A stretch of 63,912 nt of DNA, filler included, from Octopus bimaculoides (taxonomy: Eukaryota), in assembly GCF_001194135.2 (NCBI RefSeq). It is 3 parts of 3 records of this genome, joined end to end, with 100 filler letters (N's around TTAATTAATTAA, not from the genome) between each part and the next. Parts side by side here need not be neighbours in the genome. Positions count along the whole stretch, not along the records: positions 56,088 to 63,912 come from NC_068996.1; 2 more parts are not named here. The stretch is one strand, 5' to 3'. Below, in pieces: positions 60,640 to 63,912 of this stretch. The position numbers and the translations under genes were made by a program. Below the pieces are notes generated by a model. That model searched no databases. It worked only from the letters and a program-made list of their open reading frames with translations, and was not told the DNA's origin. Within the stretch, counting starts at the first letter, position 1. Every line of letters begins with the position of its first letter.

Positions 60640-60960
60640 ATGGGTTTTCTGCTCAAGCAGGACATAATGCCAGTAGGTCATGGTCATTGCCTCCATGAGG
60701 CTCAACACTTGAAAGGACCTCAGCCACTTTGCCACTGTGAGACCCAGCACTCAAAAGGAACTCAGCCACTTTGTCTCTGTGAGGCCCAATCTTCAAATGG
60801 AACTCAGTCACCTTGCTTTCATGAGGCCCAGCATTCAAAAGATGTTTCTTATGTGCCACCAAGCACTTGGCTTGATGGGTCCTCTCAAGCACAGCATATC
60901 ACCAAAGATCTTAGTCACCAGTCATTGCCTCTCTGAAGCTCAAATTTCAAAGATCACGCT
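60640..60960 (-). mobile_element. RTE 3'-region derivative containing a 42-bp tandem repeat (~3.5 units)
   Basis: Units tgag(g/a)c(t/c)ca.cact..aaagga.ctcagccactttg at ~60696-60840; reverse complement similar to 11665-11950. Confidence 0.7.
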
Positions 60961-61604
60961 TCACCACCTCAGGAAGACATGTAATATGCATGTACCTACA
61001 TTTTAAAAAAATGTCTCACTACCATGTTGTATTGCTGTTCCTACATAAACACCATACAATCTGCCTTTCATTCAAAGAGAGACATTTCATTACCAAAAGA
61101 GGTAATAGCTCTCTGAAATTTCTTTAGGCTACACTTATTCTAGCAACTAGGGTTTCAGAACTTCCTCTTCCACTGCTAATTAGATCACCTAGGTAAGAGA
61201 AACTAGTTACTATCTCTAGGGTATTTGAGAAAATCTTTTTTCCCTACCATTTGTCCTTAGTGTTTATTGCTTCTATGCATCTTTCATAATCACTACTTTC
61301 TCTGTTAACCTTCTTGTAATTCCACTGCAACTTGTGTCCATAATTGAATTCCTGCCTACACCTTTCCTGCATATGGTGGTTGCAAAGCAAACTTCTTAAA
61401 CATATATCTTTTATTTTTTACTTGTTTCAGTCATTGAACTACAGACATGTTGGGGAGCCACCTTGAAAGGTTGTCAAACAAATCGACCTACAGTACATAT
61501 TTTTTCTTTTACTTATTTTGTTGATCTTTTTACATTGATTTAAAGTCTCCATGTATACCATTGTATAATATAGCATGTTCATTCATAGAAGTAGCAAAAG
61601 AAAC

Positions 61605-62340
61605 CGACTTTAAAATAACTGTGGGTCTTTATTCCTTTGTAAAGTGGTGCAGTGGATCAAAGCAAGAAACACTACAAATTCTGGTGATTGTTGTTCATCC
61701 ATTATTTTGATAATTCAGTTTGGGTCATCATTGGTTACATGGGCTCTGTTATATATTAATTCTCCTCAGAACAGCAGGATCCACATAAGTCACCTTGATT
61801 AAAAACTCCCACCCCTCTGACTTGTAAATTATTTGTCACATCAATTTATGGAAAAAAGGAGGCTCCAGAACACATACAGATTAAGTTTTTGAAATATATT
61901 ATGTGCAATGTGATTGGACCTTCGATCCACTTCCTACACAACACTCAACTACAGAATTTTGCATGTTCACTTGTAGAAATAATACAAGAAATAAACTTTA
62001 AAAATAATGAGACTTTATTCTTCCATTAAAAAGTACAGTGGACCAAATAAAAACAGCACAAATTTTGGTGGTTATATGGTTCATCCATCGTTAAGATAAT
62101 TCAGCTTGGGCCATCGTTGGTTACATGTGCTCCATTATATTAATTTTGTTCTGGTGAATAATGGCAGGAAAATAATATGACTCACTTTAATGTAAATTGG
62201 TTACCCCTCTGCTCAAAGATGATTTGTTACATTAATTTACATTAATTTATAGGCTCCAGAGCACATTCAGAATAGTAGTTTGAGAATGCATTATGCACAA
62301 CATGATTGGATCTTCGACCCAAATCCTGTGCAATACTCAA
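61605..62340. repeat. Diverged tandem duplication, period ~390 bp
   Basis: 61605-61950 and 61993-62340 share colinear blocks (gttcatccat, gataattcag.ttggg.catc.ttggttacatg, ggctccaga.cacat.caga, tgattgga.cttcga.cca). Confidence 0.8.
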
Positions 62341-63912
62341 CCAATCAAAGCACAGGACTCAACCACTGTTCAAAACTCACATGACAAGTAAAACGACCAA
62401 TCATTACAGATTAATGTGCTGAGCCTATAAAAGGTCTAGCAACAGTCCAAGCATTCACAATAGGTATGTTAATCAATCACTACAAATTAATGTGATGCAT
62501 CTACGTAAGTCAAATGTTTTCAATATGCAATAATAGAAATTTGTCTCGCTACATTGAAGTGGTAAAGTCGGTTCTTCCTTTAAAATAAAGTTTGTTTTGC
62601 TATCTAAAATTATATAATACATAATGGGTCACTGTGTTCTAAATTATAACTTTTTGCAATTTATAATCAATCTGAACTTTTGGAGAAGTTTTTCTTAAAA
62701 TATAAGGCATTTCATTTAATTAGTATTAATACTTTGATTCTTAAAATGAGGAAGTGTTATATTTAAACAATTTGTTTTCGTTAGGATTTGCATTCACGAA
62801 GACATGCCCGAATTATTGAACATTATGAAAATTTTGAATCTTACACTTTCAACAAGATATCTTCTGTACGAAGTAGAAATAATTCAAATATTTAATGTAA
62901 GGAAACAATGTTAAAAAGGTCGAAACAAGAATCAAAATAAAACAATAACAAGTTCTGCTGTGACCGTCAGAGAAAATGCTTGCAACATTTCTGAGGTCGA
63001 TAAAATAAAGCACTAGTCTTATACCGGGATCAATGATAACGACTAGTCTTCCTACCCTTCAAACTGCTGACTTTATGCCTAAATTAGAAATATTTTCAAT
63101 AGAAAATTCGAAATTTATCTACGGGGAGATAACTAGCAAAGTAGAAGAACAGTATCAAACATCGCTTTTGTTAAGATTTTACCATTTGAACGAGCCTCTA
63201 ATTATTTTGATAATTCTCTACGAAACAGACATTAAACGGCATTGTATTAATTCAAATTTTAAACCGCGAAAGGTTAAAGAAAATCAATATTTACATTGAA
63301 AACAGGAGTTGGGGATCGAATCATACGAACATAAGTCAAGAAAATTACCGAAGATGACTGGTTTTATGATTTGGAAAATGAATTCACTAACTTGACCGAA
63401 GTAGGTTCTTATAGATTTCTACTTTCATTTCTTAACAACATCATTCGGTTAACCAGCTTAGTAGAAAATACTACGTTATAAATCACCACATTTCGGCATT
63501 CGTCAACAAGACCTTTCTTGTTTGGGCACTTGAATCTCCATTCATAGATTTCTCTTCTAAAACTATTGTAATAGTATTCTTGGTTAATGTTAACATTATT
63601 ACCCGGAAGCGAACTCGAAAAAAAAAAAAGAATAGTGCAATGGGTGTAAAAAAAAAAAGGTGTAAGGAAACGAATATGAAAACATGTGCAGAGAGCAACG
63701 GGGGTAGGGAGAGGCCTTCGGAAAATTCACAAGATCCAATGCTTTTCTCCGGGTAGTTGAGGAGAGAACTTCAGAAAATTCACAAGATCTGAATTTTTTC
63801 CCTCGTAACTTTGAGGAAAATGGATATCTTTCTACTTCACACCCACATAGGAAACAAAAATGCACGAAAAGCAACGAGGGTGGGGAGAGGACTTCGGAAA
63901 ATTCACAAGATT

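Noticed and set aside
60550-60936. 128-aa ORF with 14-aa repeats as a host gene
   Set aside because: It is the antisense reading of an RTE-derived 42-bp tandem repeat.
63033-63299. 88-aa plus-strand ORF
   Set aside because: No recognisable motif or splice context; its length is within chance expectation.

Overview
AT-rich, microsatellite-dense eukaryotic DNA with several assembly gaps. The repeat families suggest an Octopus/coleoid cephalopod genome (inference, no database search possible). One host gene is well supported: SRP19 on the + strand, with four coding exons at 2990-3065, 5227-5298, 7295-7406 and 9017-9153. Its first coding exon is unresolved; a CpG-rich promoter-like region lies at 1-200. 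The rest of the window is mostly decayed transposable elements: RTE and CR1-like LINEs, a CRE-clade element, several R4/Dong-type RLE elements next to microsatellites, Tc1/mariner and hAT fossils, a piggyBac-like MITE, Gypsy/LTR remnants, and tRNA-derived and CORE-type SINEs. There is also a ~2.6 kb 29-bp minisatellite with a 174-bp higher-order duplication. The best-preserved element is a 4.95 kb Helitron (48484-53437, - strand) with both termini intact and an apparent 82-bp spliceosomal intron in its Rep-helicase gene. It sits in a 46-56 kb cluster where the (ATT)n tails of tandem SINEs appear to have received Helitron and R4/Dong insertions. I found no convincing wholly new system; the strongest leads are the Helitron intron, the microsatellite-associated R4/Dong subfamilies and this nested insertion cluster.
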